A stretch of 62,423 nucleotides of DNA, counting the filler, from Asterionella formosa (lineage: Eukaryota): assembly GCA_002256025.1 (NCBI GenBank). It is 5 parts of 5 records of this genome, joined end to end, with 100 filler letters (N's around TTAATTAATTAA, not from the genome) between each part and the next. Parts side by side here need not be neighbours in the genome. Positions count along the whole stretch, not along the records: positions 28,460 to 56,823 come from NKIB01001239.1; 4 more parts are not named here. One strand, 5' to 3'. Of this stretch, positions 44,985 through 55,300 are shown piece after piece (the stretch's first letter is position 1; each line of letters starts with the position of its first letter). The notes below the pieces were generated by a model that did not search any database, was not told where the DNA came from, and saw only the letters and a program-made list of their open reading frames with translations. The position numbers were made by a program, and so were the translations under genes.

Positions 44985-45047
44985 GGGGAATAGCTTAGTT
45001 GGTTAGCTCACCTTCCCAGGTGGTGGGTTCGATTTCAGCTTACTCCA
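44985..45047 (+). ncRNA. Second, more degenerate copy of the tRNA-like cloverleaf element
   Basis: GGGGAAT AGCT-TAGTTGGTT-AGCT CACCT-TCCC-AGGTG GTGGG-TTCGATT-TCAGC TTACTCCA is colinear with 15065-15126. TATA-like actataa lies upstream of both copies. Confidence 0.62.
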
Positions 45048-45314
45048 CCTGCTTTGTCACAATGGAATCATTGTGTTTTGGTATGTGCAATCAGCCATTG
45101 ATAACAAGGAGTGTAATGGTATTCTTACGGGATATGGGGACGGAATCCTCGATCCAGGCAGTCCTATGTAAGGCATTTGCTTGTGTTGAATATTCTTTCA
45201 AGTCGACCACGGCAGAACACAGAACACATAATGTGAATCTCAAAAAGCATCAGCCATCACACAATTTTATAAATTTCAAAAATCTTCACTCTACCGGTAC
45301 TCAAGAATAACATC

Positions 45315-46511
45315 ATGTTACCCGCAGCCAAAAAGCAATCTCCCCCATCCGAGAGCAAAGACTTGGTGATTCGGAATGGCTTTCCGGCGCTCCTGCTGAA
45401 GGACGGATCCGGTCCACTGATCCAAGGCAAGGAGCCCATTCCTCAGCAGCCCTTTGCATCTTTCAACGACGCTGTCGCTTTTGCTGATCCTGCCATCTTT
45501 CTACAAGACTGCGCTCTCGTCTTCACCGCTCGAGCGATGGAAGAAGGAGCGGCGTATTCGGCTGGAACGACCTACTTTATCCCTGCCGTTATGAAACCGC
45601 GGTGTGCGTTGGAAGCGCTTGCGTTGACCATTTTTAACACTCATACCAAAGGATTAGAGGGGATGTTCCGACCTGAACAGAGCGGAGCGGAATTTTGGAC
45701 CCTTGTGATGGATGCTGCACCTCCTAACATCACAGATGATGGAGACGACGATCAAGATGAAGTAGGAGTTCATTTTGATGCTGATTATGGTCTGGAAGAG
45801 CAGATACCCGGTATGTTGTTGCATCCCAGGCTGGCGACAGTCACCTATCTCTCGGATGTGGGGGCACCGACGTTGGTTTTAGAAAAGCAAAGTCCAGCGC
45901 CAGGGACTGACATTATAAAGGAACTTGGTGGAGATGTAGAGAAGGGTTGGTTGTCAGGACCAAAGTTTGGTAAGCATATTGCCTTTGATGGTCGCCTCTT
46001 GCACGGAGCACCAGCCACCTTCTTTCCTGGATTTCACGATATCAAAGTGGAGCAAGGAGAGCCAAATGCGAAACGACAAAAAGTCGAGAAAAATCAAGAT
46101 GACCCAAAACGAATAACATTCCTGGTGAATGTGTGGTTGAATCACTGTCCATTGGATGCCGATTTGCTGGACGACGAGATCGTGGAACAGCTCAAGACAC
46201 CATGGGAGCCATTGAGTCAAGGGGGGGACAACGACACATACAAGCCACCTTTTGAATGGAAATCTAATACACCAGATGAATTGGACAAGTCTTGTTCACT
46301 AGGGGTCTTCTTGCAAGATCCTGCTGGTTCTGAAGAGACTGTTATTTGCAATCACACAGTTGAGATTTGTTACAATGAAAAAATGCAGACGCAGCATGAA
46401 GTGTCAAAGAAAACTGCCGATGGCCGCTCTATTGAAATTACCTTCGAGAAGGGATCTGTCACATTGCGAATTGGGGATAAAGTACCTGATAGTGAAGACG
46501 ATGAAGAATAG
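45315..46511 (+). CDS. Uncharacterised 2OG-Fe(II) oxygenase-like protein
   Basis: GAEFW, HxD (VHFDAD), HPRLATVTYL, distal His in FDGRLLHGA and RITFLVNVW are consistent with the HxD...H...R double-stranded beta-helix pattern. Confidence 0.7.
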   Translation: MLPAAKKQSPPSESKDLVIRNGFPALLLKDGSGPLIQGKEPIPQQPFASFNDAVAFADPAIFLQDCALVFTARAMEEGAAYSAGTTYFIPAVMKPRCALEALALTIFNTHTKGLEGMFRPEQSGAEFWTLVMDAAPPNITDDGDDDQDEVGVHFDADYGLEEQIPGMLLHPRLATVTYLSDVGAPTLVLEKQSPAPGTDIIKELGGDVEKGWLSGPKFGKHIAFDGRLLHGAPATFFPGFHDIKVEQGEPNAKRQKVEKNQDDPKRITFLVNVWLNHCPLDADLLDDEIVEQLKTPWEPLSQGGDNDTYKPPFEWKSNTPDELDKSCSLGVFLQDPAGSEETVICNHTVEICYNEKMQTQHEVSKKTADGRSIEITFEKGSVTLRIGDKVPDSEDDEE

Positions 46512-46855
46512 ATTCGTCGTACACCTGGAACCTATCCGTTCAAATGCCATGTAAGTAGGCATTTTGTTATGAGCTTTTCAGGTGGTCACACTTTCTGAAA
46601 TAAGAGGTCGACTTGTTCAATGAAAGATGATGACACTTTTGTCGTTGATTTTGTGGACAACACATTATTTGATCAATACGCGACATCAATGTTGTTGATG
46701 TATAGGCATGGAACGAGGCGCAAAACAGTTCAGCACTGAATTAATCTAGTAATGGGGATTTTGCGACTTCGTTGACGGATTAGGAATATGATGTTGGAGT
46801 CAATTCAAGTTACTGCAAAGTGGAGAAGAAGTGTATTAATTAGTTCTAAGATGTT

Positions 46856-49800
46856 CTATTTCTTCTTTTTACCTGGTTTGTTGACCTTCTTCTTGCTAAT
46901 TTGTGTTTCGTTCTCTTCGTCGGCAGCCATTTGTTCTGCCATGGCTGAAGCCGCTGCCTCCTCTTCTTCTTTCTGCTTGTCGGCAATGAGTCGACTTCCT
47001 TGTTCAGTACTTAGTTTTAAGTATTTCTCAAGGGAAACAGCGCAGCTCTTTGTTAGCTCATGTTCACGGCCAGCGACAAGAGAATGGATTTGATACGCCC
47101 GTGATACTGTATCTACAGCAGCTTTGTACTGACCAAGCTGTGCCAATAGATATGCAGTGCTCATAATTATCATTCCTTCAACGAGTCGATCACAGCAATT
47201 ACGAGACGACGCTTCCTGGTAGCACCGAAGGGAACTAACACCATTTGATCCTTCGTTGGCGAAGATTGTTCCCAACCTGTGGAAGGCATTAGGTAGTTCT
47301 GAATATCTTGGACCTCCGAGAAGTTGCATAAGGTAAATTGAGGCTCTCAAATGCTTGACACCAGCTTCAATCTTACCATCAGCAATCAAAAAATGAGAAA
47401 GCGTCGAGTGGCCAGTCATTGCATCCGCACAATCGAAACCTTCGATTTGGACAGTAATACTAAGAGAGCGAGCAGCATTAAACACGGCGAGTCCGAATTC
47501 CTTCGCCTCAAAAAGGACAGCGGCCGACAAATCGAGGCATCTTGCAATATTGATGTGAAGATGACTATCCGTAACCCGCTGGAACATATTAGCCGCCTCT
47601 TGCGCGAGCTCCAAAGCAGCAGGCAAGTTGCGGCGAGAATAATGCACATGAGCACCTTCCAGCAAATGTTTCGCTTCAGGAAGCATAATAAATAAAGATG
47701 GCGTGGTGTATAATGGACCGGCTGAACAAACAACAAAACCCTCACCGGGTTGTGCCGCACAGTGTTTCATACGAGGAACGATATCGATGACATCAACTGG
47801 GGATATCGGGAATGAAGCATTCATCCTGCCACCTTCAGTACTATCACCAGTGCAAAGGCATTTCCCACCGATAGCATAGTTCTTGGCAGCAAGTCGGACT
47901 CCAGTCCTCTGGCAAACTCGGCGCAAAAGAGGCACATGCAAAGCTCGTTTAGATTGTCCACCTTGGTTGTATAGCGTCAGTTTGTGGCGGAAGCGTCTTC
48001 CTATGTCCCGTTCAATGTCCTCCCAAACCTCCTTTCTTCCTCTGACCGGTACAGGAACAGCATCACCTCCACCACCCACGTCAAACATCGTCAGACCTGT
48101 GAAATCGTCATCGTCCGGAGCGGTCGATTTCGAGGAGCTCGCTTGCTTACGAATGCGAGTCTCCGTGTCTGCTGCAGTTTCTTCTCCCTCAGAAACAAGC
48201 GCGCTTAGAAATGAAGCAACGATTTGGGCGGGCTGGCTAGCTCCGACGCCACCGTTTTCCGACAAATAAGAATCGAGAACATGCTTCGAAGCTCTTGCAA
48301 TCATTTCTGTCTCAAGCAGTTCCAGCCAACATAGGGGCATCATTCGACGAGGTAGACGAGTTACCTTCTTGGTCTGGACATCAATAAGTGCCAACTTGTC
48401 CTTCTCTTCCTCAACAATCGCTAACGTTGCCAGGCGACCTAGGTATCGGCAGTTGATTCCTCTCTGGTGCAACATGTCAGTCAGAGCACGACCTTCGCTT
48501 GGTAACTGAGAGCCATCACCTTCTTTTACCTGGGTCGTGAGGGCGGGAAGAACAACATCCCAAAGATACATGGATGCCTCACGAACTTGCACCATGTCCA
48601 CCTGTAATTGTTTGACGGCGTCATCGTCCACACCAACAAGTGAACGAAAGTTTGGAAGGAACACGTTGACATTTAATCGTAGTGATTCCAAGTATTTTTC
48701 CTGCTCTTCAGTCAACCCATCAACCATTTCAGGCTTCTCAATTTCTTCGTCAAGTACTTTCTCGTTTCCTTCATCGTGGCTTTCATCTCCCTTGGTTTCT
48801 TCTTCTTTTTCCTCTGGCTTTTCGTCCGACGCTTCCAGATCCCCTGCTTTCGTAGTTGATTCGTCCTTAACGTTTTCCTTCGTCGCCTTTAATTCACTCA
48901 TCTTCTTGCGAGTCAGTTGGGTTACTAGTTCGGACCGAAGTACCGCCAAGATGAATTCGTCATCGTCAAGTGAAGAAGGGACGAAGTGGCGTCCTTTACC
49001 ATGACCGAAATTATTCAAAACTTCTTCCCATTTCCCAGTTCCACCCTCCGACTCGGGTACCCAATTGGCATCTCTTGGAGTAAGCCGTGGCGTATCGAGG
49101 ATATACGTACGCTTATCACTGCCTTGGATTCCTTTGGCCTCAACGGGAGCACAAATTCTGGTAGTCGGGGAATCGTTTTCTGTTTCTTTTAGTGTGACAG
49201 GCAAGGGTTCGCCGGTAGTGGGAGGGTACTTACGGAATTCGTCAATCTCAGCAATCCGTTCATCCGTCAAAGGTTTGGTGGGGACGACTCTAGTCGCCAC
49301 CATAAACGCCTTTCCAAAGTACTTCTCGAACAATTCATGGGTATCCTTGTCCCATGCGAGAGGCGATGAGGCTTCTATGGCTCCATAGAGGAGCCTGTGA
49401 CTATTCTCGCCCATCAAGATACCAGGAAGCACACTTTGGCAAACAAATCGAACTCCCAAATAATCAATCACGACAATTCCGAGAGTGTATAGTCCTTCCA
49501 TATCCATTCGATGGAGAGATGCCATACACTGAGCATCCCTCGAAGCTGACTTTCTCGCTGCCAAATCACCCTTAGAAAGTTTAAACGTCTCCACACCAGA
49601 GTCAACAGCTCGAGAAAAAAATATATTATTGTGCAAATACACATGAGATCGAGCCGACTCATTCGGGTTCATGGGAGAAATCTGGCCATGGAAAATGGCC
49701 TTGGCACCAATCAACGATGCCTCGCCAAACTCCATCATCGCTTTGTGAATCATGCGGGCTCGTTCCACTCGTTCCGTGGTATTGGAGGAAGGCATTTCTC

Positions 49801-51307
49801 GAGCGGACTGGATTTCTTCGTTCCAATCACGGGTTGCGCCGGAGCGAATGTCAAGGCCGAAAGTGTTTGCAATATCCTCATCCGCTCTCGTGGGATTGTA
49901 AGAATGCAATTCATTGTGAGTCCACCCTTCCTCGCTGTCTTTTGAGTCCGGTAACGATACCAGCCAGGAAGGACGGAGAATGACTTGATCTAACCCCTGC
50001 ATGGATGTAGCAGCCGATGGATCCTGAAAGCCTCCAAAATCACCACGGACAGCCACTTGGTACAATGAATGAAGCTGACCCTCCGTTTGTGAGAATTTAC
50101 TTGTCAGTACAGAACGCTCCTTGGCAGCCACCAGAGCAGCTTTCCATGCCAAGCGAAAAGAATCTGAGATTTGCAGGATACAGTCCAAAAGCTCATGAGA
50201 AAAGCAGTGGTTTTGTGCTGGAGACGGATCGAATTTGCAGGGCTCTGTGGAGGTTTGATTAACGTAAAAACCAGTTGGAATAGCAGTGATATTGAAAATA
50301 CTTCCATCGGGCACTGCTATCTCCAAATACGCCAGGTCACCCATCAACCTACGCTGGGACGGGGGAGGATGAAAGCCACTGTAACGAACAGTACACTTGA
50401 CTCGAGTGATTTCATCAAGCTCATTGAGCTTAGCTATACCAGTGTTCACAGTGGAAGTTTCGGTCGAAAGACTGGCGGGTTTGACATCGTCAAGGCCTTC
50501 CATGTGTTCGCTTTTGATTTTGGCCTTGTTTTTAGAACTTCTTTTCTTGGCCGATTTGGACTGATTGACAGTGTCACCATTTTTGTCGATAACTTCAAGA
50601 GCAGATACTTTTCTTGGTACTTCTTCGCCACAAGCAAGGTAAAAGAAATCTTTCAAGTTTGTGGACTCCAAGCCGAGGGGCTTGTCGTCGTTAATACTGG
50701 ATGGCGATGATTCCTTATCGTTACTTTCCTCTTTTTCCTCATCTTGTTTGGGCTTAAGAGAAGTCACGACAGGTGCATTCCCATCTAATAACTGGCGCAA
50801 GCGAAGAATGTGGTCTCTGACACCAGCGACGTCATATCTCTCCAAGACGATACGAAAGCCAGATCCATCCTTCATCCCTTCGCGTAAAAGTGGCGACAAA
50901 TCCCCATATTCATCTAGAACGACACTATTTTTTTCGCTAGAGACCTCTAGACTCTTGAATGACACAGGAACTGCCACGACAGCATTAACGCCTGTATAGG
51001 GAGAAGGGAGTTGATGGTCGTCCTTGTCGAGTGTCGTCCCGGCGACACCGTCAACCTCCAATACGAATCGAAAATTGGTCAAGTGTGCATAGCCGATGAT
51101 TTCAGAGAGTGCTGCGCGAAGGAGCTGGACAGGTTCTTCGGAACTCAATGGAGGAAGCTGCACAACATCTAGACTTTCGTCTCGGTTCAATAGGGTTCCC
51201 TCCTTTTGAAGGGGAGGTAAGATGCAAAGATTCTTAATACTTGGCGACTCTTCCGTGAGAATAGGACCTAGGTCTTCTGCGGTAGTTGCTTGGTTGTCGT
51301 CTGACAT
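46856..51307 (-). CDS. CLU1: Clustered mitochondria protein (CLU1/CLUH)
   Basis: SGFHPPPSQRRLMGDLAYLE, TGFYVNQ, RDWNEEIQSAREMP, YLHNNIFFS, VIDYLGVRFVCQSVLPGIL, KGIQGSDKRTYILD..RLTPRDAN, LHQRGINCRYLG, EMIARASKH and C-terminal TPRs. Likely ATG at 51307 (MSDDNQ). Confidence 0.93.
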   Translation of the reverse strand: MSDDNQATTAEDLGPILTEESPSIKNLCILPPLQKEGTLLNRDESLDVVQLPPLSSEEPVQLLRAALSEIIGYAHLTNFRFVLEVDGVAGTTLDKDDHQLPSPYTGVNAVVAVPVSFKSLEVSSEKNSVVLDEYGDLSPLLREGMKDGSGFRIVLERYDVAGVRDHILRLRQLLDGNAPVVTSLKPKQDEEKEESNDKESSPSSINDDKPLGLESTNLKDFFYLACGEEVPRKVSALEVIDKNGDTVNQSKSAKKRSSKNKAKIKSEHMEGLDDVKPASLSTETSTVNTGIAKLNELDEITRVKCTVRYSGFHPPPSQRRLMGDLAYLEIAVPDGSIFNITAIPTGFYVNQTSTEPCKFDPSPAQNHCFSHELLDCILQISDSFRLAWKAALVAAKERSVLTSKFSQTEGQLHSLYQVAVRGDFGGFQDPSAATSMQGLDQVILRPSWLVSLPDSKDSEEGWTHNELHSYNPTRADEDIANTFGLDIRSGATRDWNEEIQSAREMPSSNTTERVERARMIHKAMMEFGEASLIGAKAIFHGQISPMNPNESARSHVYLHNNIFFSRAVDSGVETFKLSKGDLAARKSASRDAQCMASLHRMDMEGLYTLGIVVIDYLGVRFVCQSVLPGILMGENSHRLLYGAIEASSPLAWDKDTHELFEKYFGKAFMVATRVVPTKPLTDERIAEIDEFRKYPPTTGEPLPVTLKETENDSPTTRICAPVEAKGIQGSDKRTYILDTPRLTPRDANWVPESEGGTGKWEEVLNNFGHGKGRHFVPSSLDDDEFILAVLRSELVTQLTRKKMSELKATKENVKDESTTKAGDLEASDEKPEEKEEETKGDESHDEGNEKVLDEEIEKPEMVDGLTEEQEKYLESLRLNVNVFLPNFRSLVGVDDDAVKQLQVDMVQVREASMYLWDVVLPALTTQVKEGDGSQLPSEGRALTDMLHQRGINCRYLGRLATLAIVEEEKDKLALIDVQTKKVTRLPRRMMPLCWLELLETEMIARASKHVLDSYLSENGGVGASQPAQIVASFLSALVSEGEETAADTETRIRKQASSSKSTAPDDDDFTGLTMFDVGGGGDAVPVPVRGRKEVWEDIERDIGRRFRHKLTLYNQGGQSKRALHVPLLRRVCQRTGVRLAAKNYAIGGKCLCTGDSTEGGRMNASFPISPVDVIDIVPRMKHCAAQPGEGFVVCSAGPLYTTPSLFIMLPEAKHLLEGAHVHYSRRNLPAALELAQEAANMFQRVTDSHLHINIARCLDLSAAVLFEAKEFGLAVFNAARSLSITVQIEGFDCADAMTGHSTLSHFLIADGKIEAGVKHLRASIYLMQLLGGPRYSELPNAFHRLGTIFANEGSNGVSSLRCYQEASSRNCCDRLVEGMIIMSTAYLLAQLGQYKAAVDTVSRAYQIHSLVAGREHELTKSCAVSLEKYLKLSTEQGSRLIADKQKEEEEAAASAMAEQMAADEENETQISKKKVNKPGKKKK

Positions 51308-51848
51308 GGTACAACGGTAATGATTTGAAACAAAAAATCCAGGCGCTGGAATGACTTTGTTAATAATGTGGTGAGAATGGGTGATGGTTGTACACTTTGT
51401 AGACCTGACTTTTCCTGGCTGCACAACTTATAATGATGTACTCCCTAGCTGTGAGAGAGTGTCTGAGTGATAGGGATTGAGTGACGAGACCTGATGGTAT
51501 TTGGAGTTGATTGTAGCCTCGTTGTGAAATTTCAGTTGTGCAAGAGAAGGCGGTGATGTGGTGAGCGAGCGAGGATACCTGTATATCCTGATGTGGAAAA
51601 ATGAGGGGACAGCAGGGCAGAGATGGAGCTAGGGCTAAAGATTTATTAATTAGATAACCGACGGCATGGAAGAACAGGAAAGAGTCTGGAGTTTGGACTA
51701 CAGAATTGTAACAAGACGCTATACGCATTATTTTTCGATTTATTTATGTGAACAGCTATCGTAGATAGAGGTAAACATGTCATTTTGAATACGCACCGGC
51801 CGCAATGTAGAAACACGTCCACCTCCTGCTCGGAGTACCTGGTACTTG

Positions 51849-52260
51849 TGTCAAGAATATTAGCCCGAGTCACAAGGATTGTGGACTCGATTGTAATTGA
51901 ACGAGTCAAATATTGCATTGCCACGTCAATCAGCTGTCTAACGAGATCAAAGATTGAAGATTTCTATGGAAATGTTAAGTGGAAACTCGAAGAGAGTCTT
52001 AGAACGACTTTGCAGGAAGCAAAGATGCATGGAAAGGAAACATTTAGTTTAGCTTATAATTTAATTTGAGTTTTAGATTATCAACCAAGGAAACAGTCAT
52101 GTGTTAATTGACAGCAAGGTCAATTAGTCTATCTAGCAGGAAGGCTAGAAGCAGAGACAAGAGAGAAAGTAAGTGGTACTAGGTAGTACTACGATCACGT
52201 AAGAGTCTACGTGGTGAAGAGAGACCAAGCCTGCGGGAAGGAGTATGGACCATTTCAACA
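51849..52260 (+). repeat. 5' LTR of the copia element (~412 bp)
   Basis: TG...CA termini (TGTCAAGA...TTTCAACA). The start is confirmed by the 3' LTR copy. The end is inferred because the 3' LTR is cut by a gap. Confidence 0.75.
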
Positions 52261-52300
52261 CGCTTTAAAGCGGATAGGTTTGAAAGGGTACTCAAGCAAG

Positions 52301-55300
52301 ATGGGAATTGACGATGAATCGTCAGGAGTGCGGTTGCCAACATTTGATGGTACCGATGCCAAGTGGCATGTTTGGAAAGCGAAGTTTGTGGCCTATGCCT
52401 GCTTCAAAGGTTTTGAAGGAATCCTAATTGGAGACGAAGTATCACCAGGTGAGCGAGAGAGATTCAGCTGGAGTGAAGATTGTTCTGAGCGACAACGATG
52501 AGAAGCGTGCGAAACAAAATAATACGGTTGCCTATGCAAGTTTGATTATGGCATATCAGAGTGGACCATTTGGATACGTAAATGGTGCCAGAAGTGAAGA
52601 GTTCCCCAATGGAAATGCGAAGGAAGCGTGGGACAAGTTAGTATCTATGTACGAGTCAAGTAATATGGAAAATGTGATTGCCTTGTCAGGTCAGTGGACA
52701 AAATGCACGATTAACGAGAATGAGAACCCCGACATTTGGTTTGTGGAGTTGGATAGAATTCGAGAACGATTGAGCTGTACGAGCTCCGCAATATCGGATG
52801 GTGCCTATGTGGCCCATGTTATCAACAACCTACCGGAAGTCTGCAAGAGTTTGGTGGTTGGAAAATTTGCTCTCGCGAGCTCCGAGCTCACGATCCAAGA
52901 GGTCAAGAAGAATGTACGCGACTATTACGATTTGTATGTGCGCGACGAAACCAAGACAAGTAAGAATGGCGAGCAGGCCTTCTTTTCAAAAAGCAAGTTC
53001 AAGGGAGACTGCAGGAAGTGTGGCAAGTATGGCCACAAGGCAGTTGATTGCCGAAGCAAGGGCAATACTACAGAAAAAAGAGAATTAACTCCCGAGCAAC
53101 GAAATAAGAGAAAGAATGTGAAGTGTTATAATTGCCAGAAGATGGGGCACTATGCCAGTGAGTGCAACAATCAACAAAATGCACCAATCAAACAGAAGGG
53201 AGAAGACGCCAACACCACTACGCAAGGAATGTTCGTGGTGACGTGTATTGAGGCAAGGTACAATGAAGAGGTAAATTATACGTGCGTGCATAAGGACCAT
53301 TGGCTACTAGATAGTGGCGCTACGGTACATATATGCAATGATGAGCGCATCATGGAGGACAAGCGCGCAGTGCGTGAAACTGTTCTTGTGGGAAACGGCG
53401 CAGCAATTGTTGCGACTGTATCAGGCACGGTGACCCTTACGACGACAGACAAAGGAAAAGTGTTGAAACTCACCAATGTGCTCTATGCACCGGAGTTCAA
53501 GCAGAACATCATCAGCATTTCGAGAATTATTGATAAGGGAAATAAAGTTATGTTTGACGATGATAAGATGACGATCAGAAACAACAACGGATTTTTGATC
53601 TGCAAACGTGATGAAACGAGGACTATTGGTGCAATGTACCATGGGCAAGCAAGGAACGCCTATTCTAAAGGAAACGGTGTTGGAGGTTGAACAAGAAAGC
53701 GAGAAGCCAACACAACAATCTATCGACTATGATACCAAAGAAGAAGAGAATGAATGGACGAAAGTCGACGAAAAGAAGAAAACGACGAAAGCGATAGGTG
53801 AAACGATCGAGAAAAGAAACGCGAACGAAAATAATGATGTGATTGTTGAAATAAATGAAGCGCATGAAATGCTTGAACATGCATGTGGGGGAAAATGTCT
53901 TCGTGAGACATCGAAATTATTTGGGTGGAAACTTGTGGGAAATTTAAAGGTGTGCGCAGGATGCGCAGCAGCCAAGGCGAAAGCATGCGCAGTACCCCAG
54001 ATGACGCAAGAGAATGCTATGACATCAGGAGAAAGACTGTTTATTGATATTAGCGGATCCTATGCAAAATCCGCTGTGGGAAATCAGTATTGGGTGATGG
54101 CCGTGGACGATTATACAAGGAAACGCTGGAGTTATTTTATCGAGAAGAAAAGTGACATCGGAACTGTCATTGGAGTGTTACTCACAAAACTTGCAGGTGC
54201 AGGACATAAGACAAAATTTGTCCGATGTGATGATGCAGGTGAGAACTCCAAGCAACTAAAGAAGCAAAGTATGTGAAAACCAAGGTGTCAAGATGGAATT
54301 TACGGCACCTCGTACGACTCCGCAGCACGACGGTGTTGTGGAACGTGGTTTTGTTACAGTGCGTCAGAGAGCACTCGCTATGATGCTAAGTGCGAAGTTT
54401 ACAGATGAATATCAGGGGCTATTGTGGGCAGAAGCTGTACATACTGTGACAAGATTGACGAACAGTACAGTGAATTCAGTGACTAAGAAGAGTCCTCATG
54501 ATGTGTTCTATGGAAAAACGAATACAAGGCGGCCCTACAAGCTCTACAGGCAATTTGGACGTGTTGGTTGGGTTACTATAAGAGAAGGTGTCAAGAAATT
54601 GGATGCACGTTCCATCAAGTGTGACTTTTTGGGATACTCAGATGACCACTCTCAAGATACGTATCGCATGTATAATCACGAGACAAATACTGTAGTCAAT
54701 ACACGTGACGTAAAGTGGAGTGAGTGGCATGGAACAAACGTACCAACGGATGGACTAGAGAAAATGTTCAAACCAGTCACCAACCAACAGGATACGGAGA
54801 TACCAGTACGAGAAGATAATGAAGAATTGCATGACGATTTTTATGACGAGTTCGAACCTCGAGAAGTGTCCGATAATGAAGATGAAGATGATGACAAGCA
54901 AGAATTTGGGAGGAAAACTGAACAATCAACTAAGATAGATGGTACTACGAAATACGAGGTTACTGGTACCAATACCCCAATTGTGAAGGCTAAACGTGCG
55001 GATAGTACTCAGTCTAAGCAAGCGAAGTTGGCACGTGAAATGCGAAAATTGGACTCATTGTTCAATCCTACCAGTACGAAAATTGTGAAATTTTCAGGAG
55101 ATACTGAGATGCCTGGTTTTATCGAGGAGGATAACATGAAGGAAGTTTCGAAGAATACACAGGTGAATTTTGTGTACAACGCAAGTCTGGCTTCTGATCC
55201 AGGATTACCAACAAGCTACGATGAAGCAATGGCAAGACCAGACAAGAATGAGTGGATCAAGGCGATCAACAAAGAATATGAAATCTTCCAATCGAGAGGA

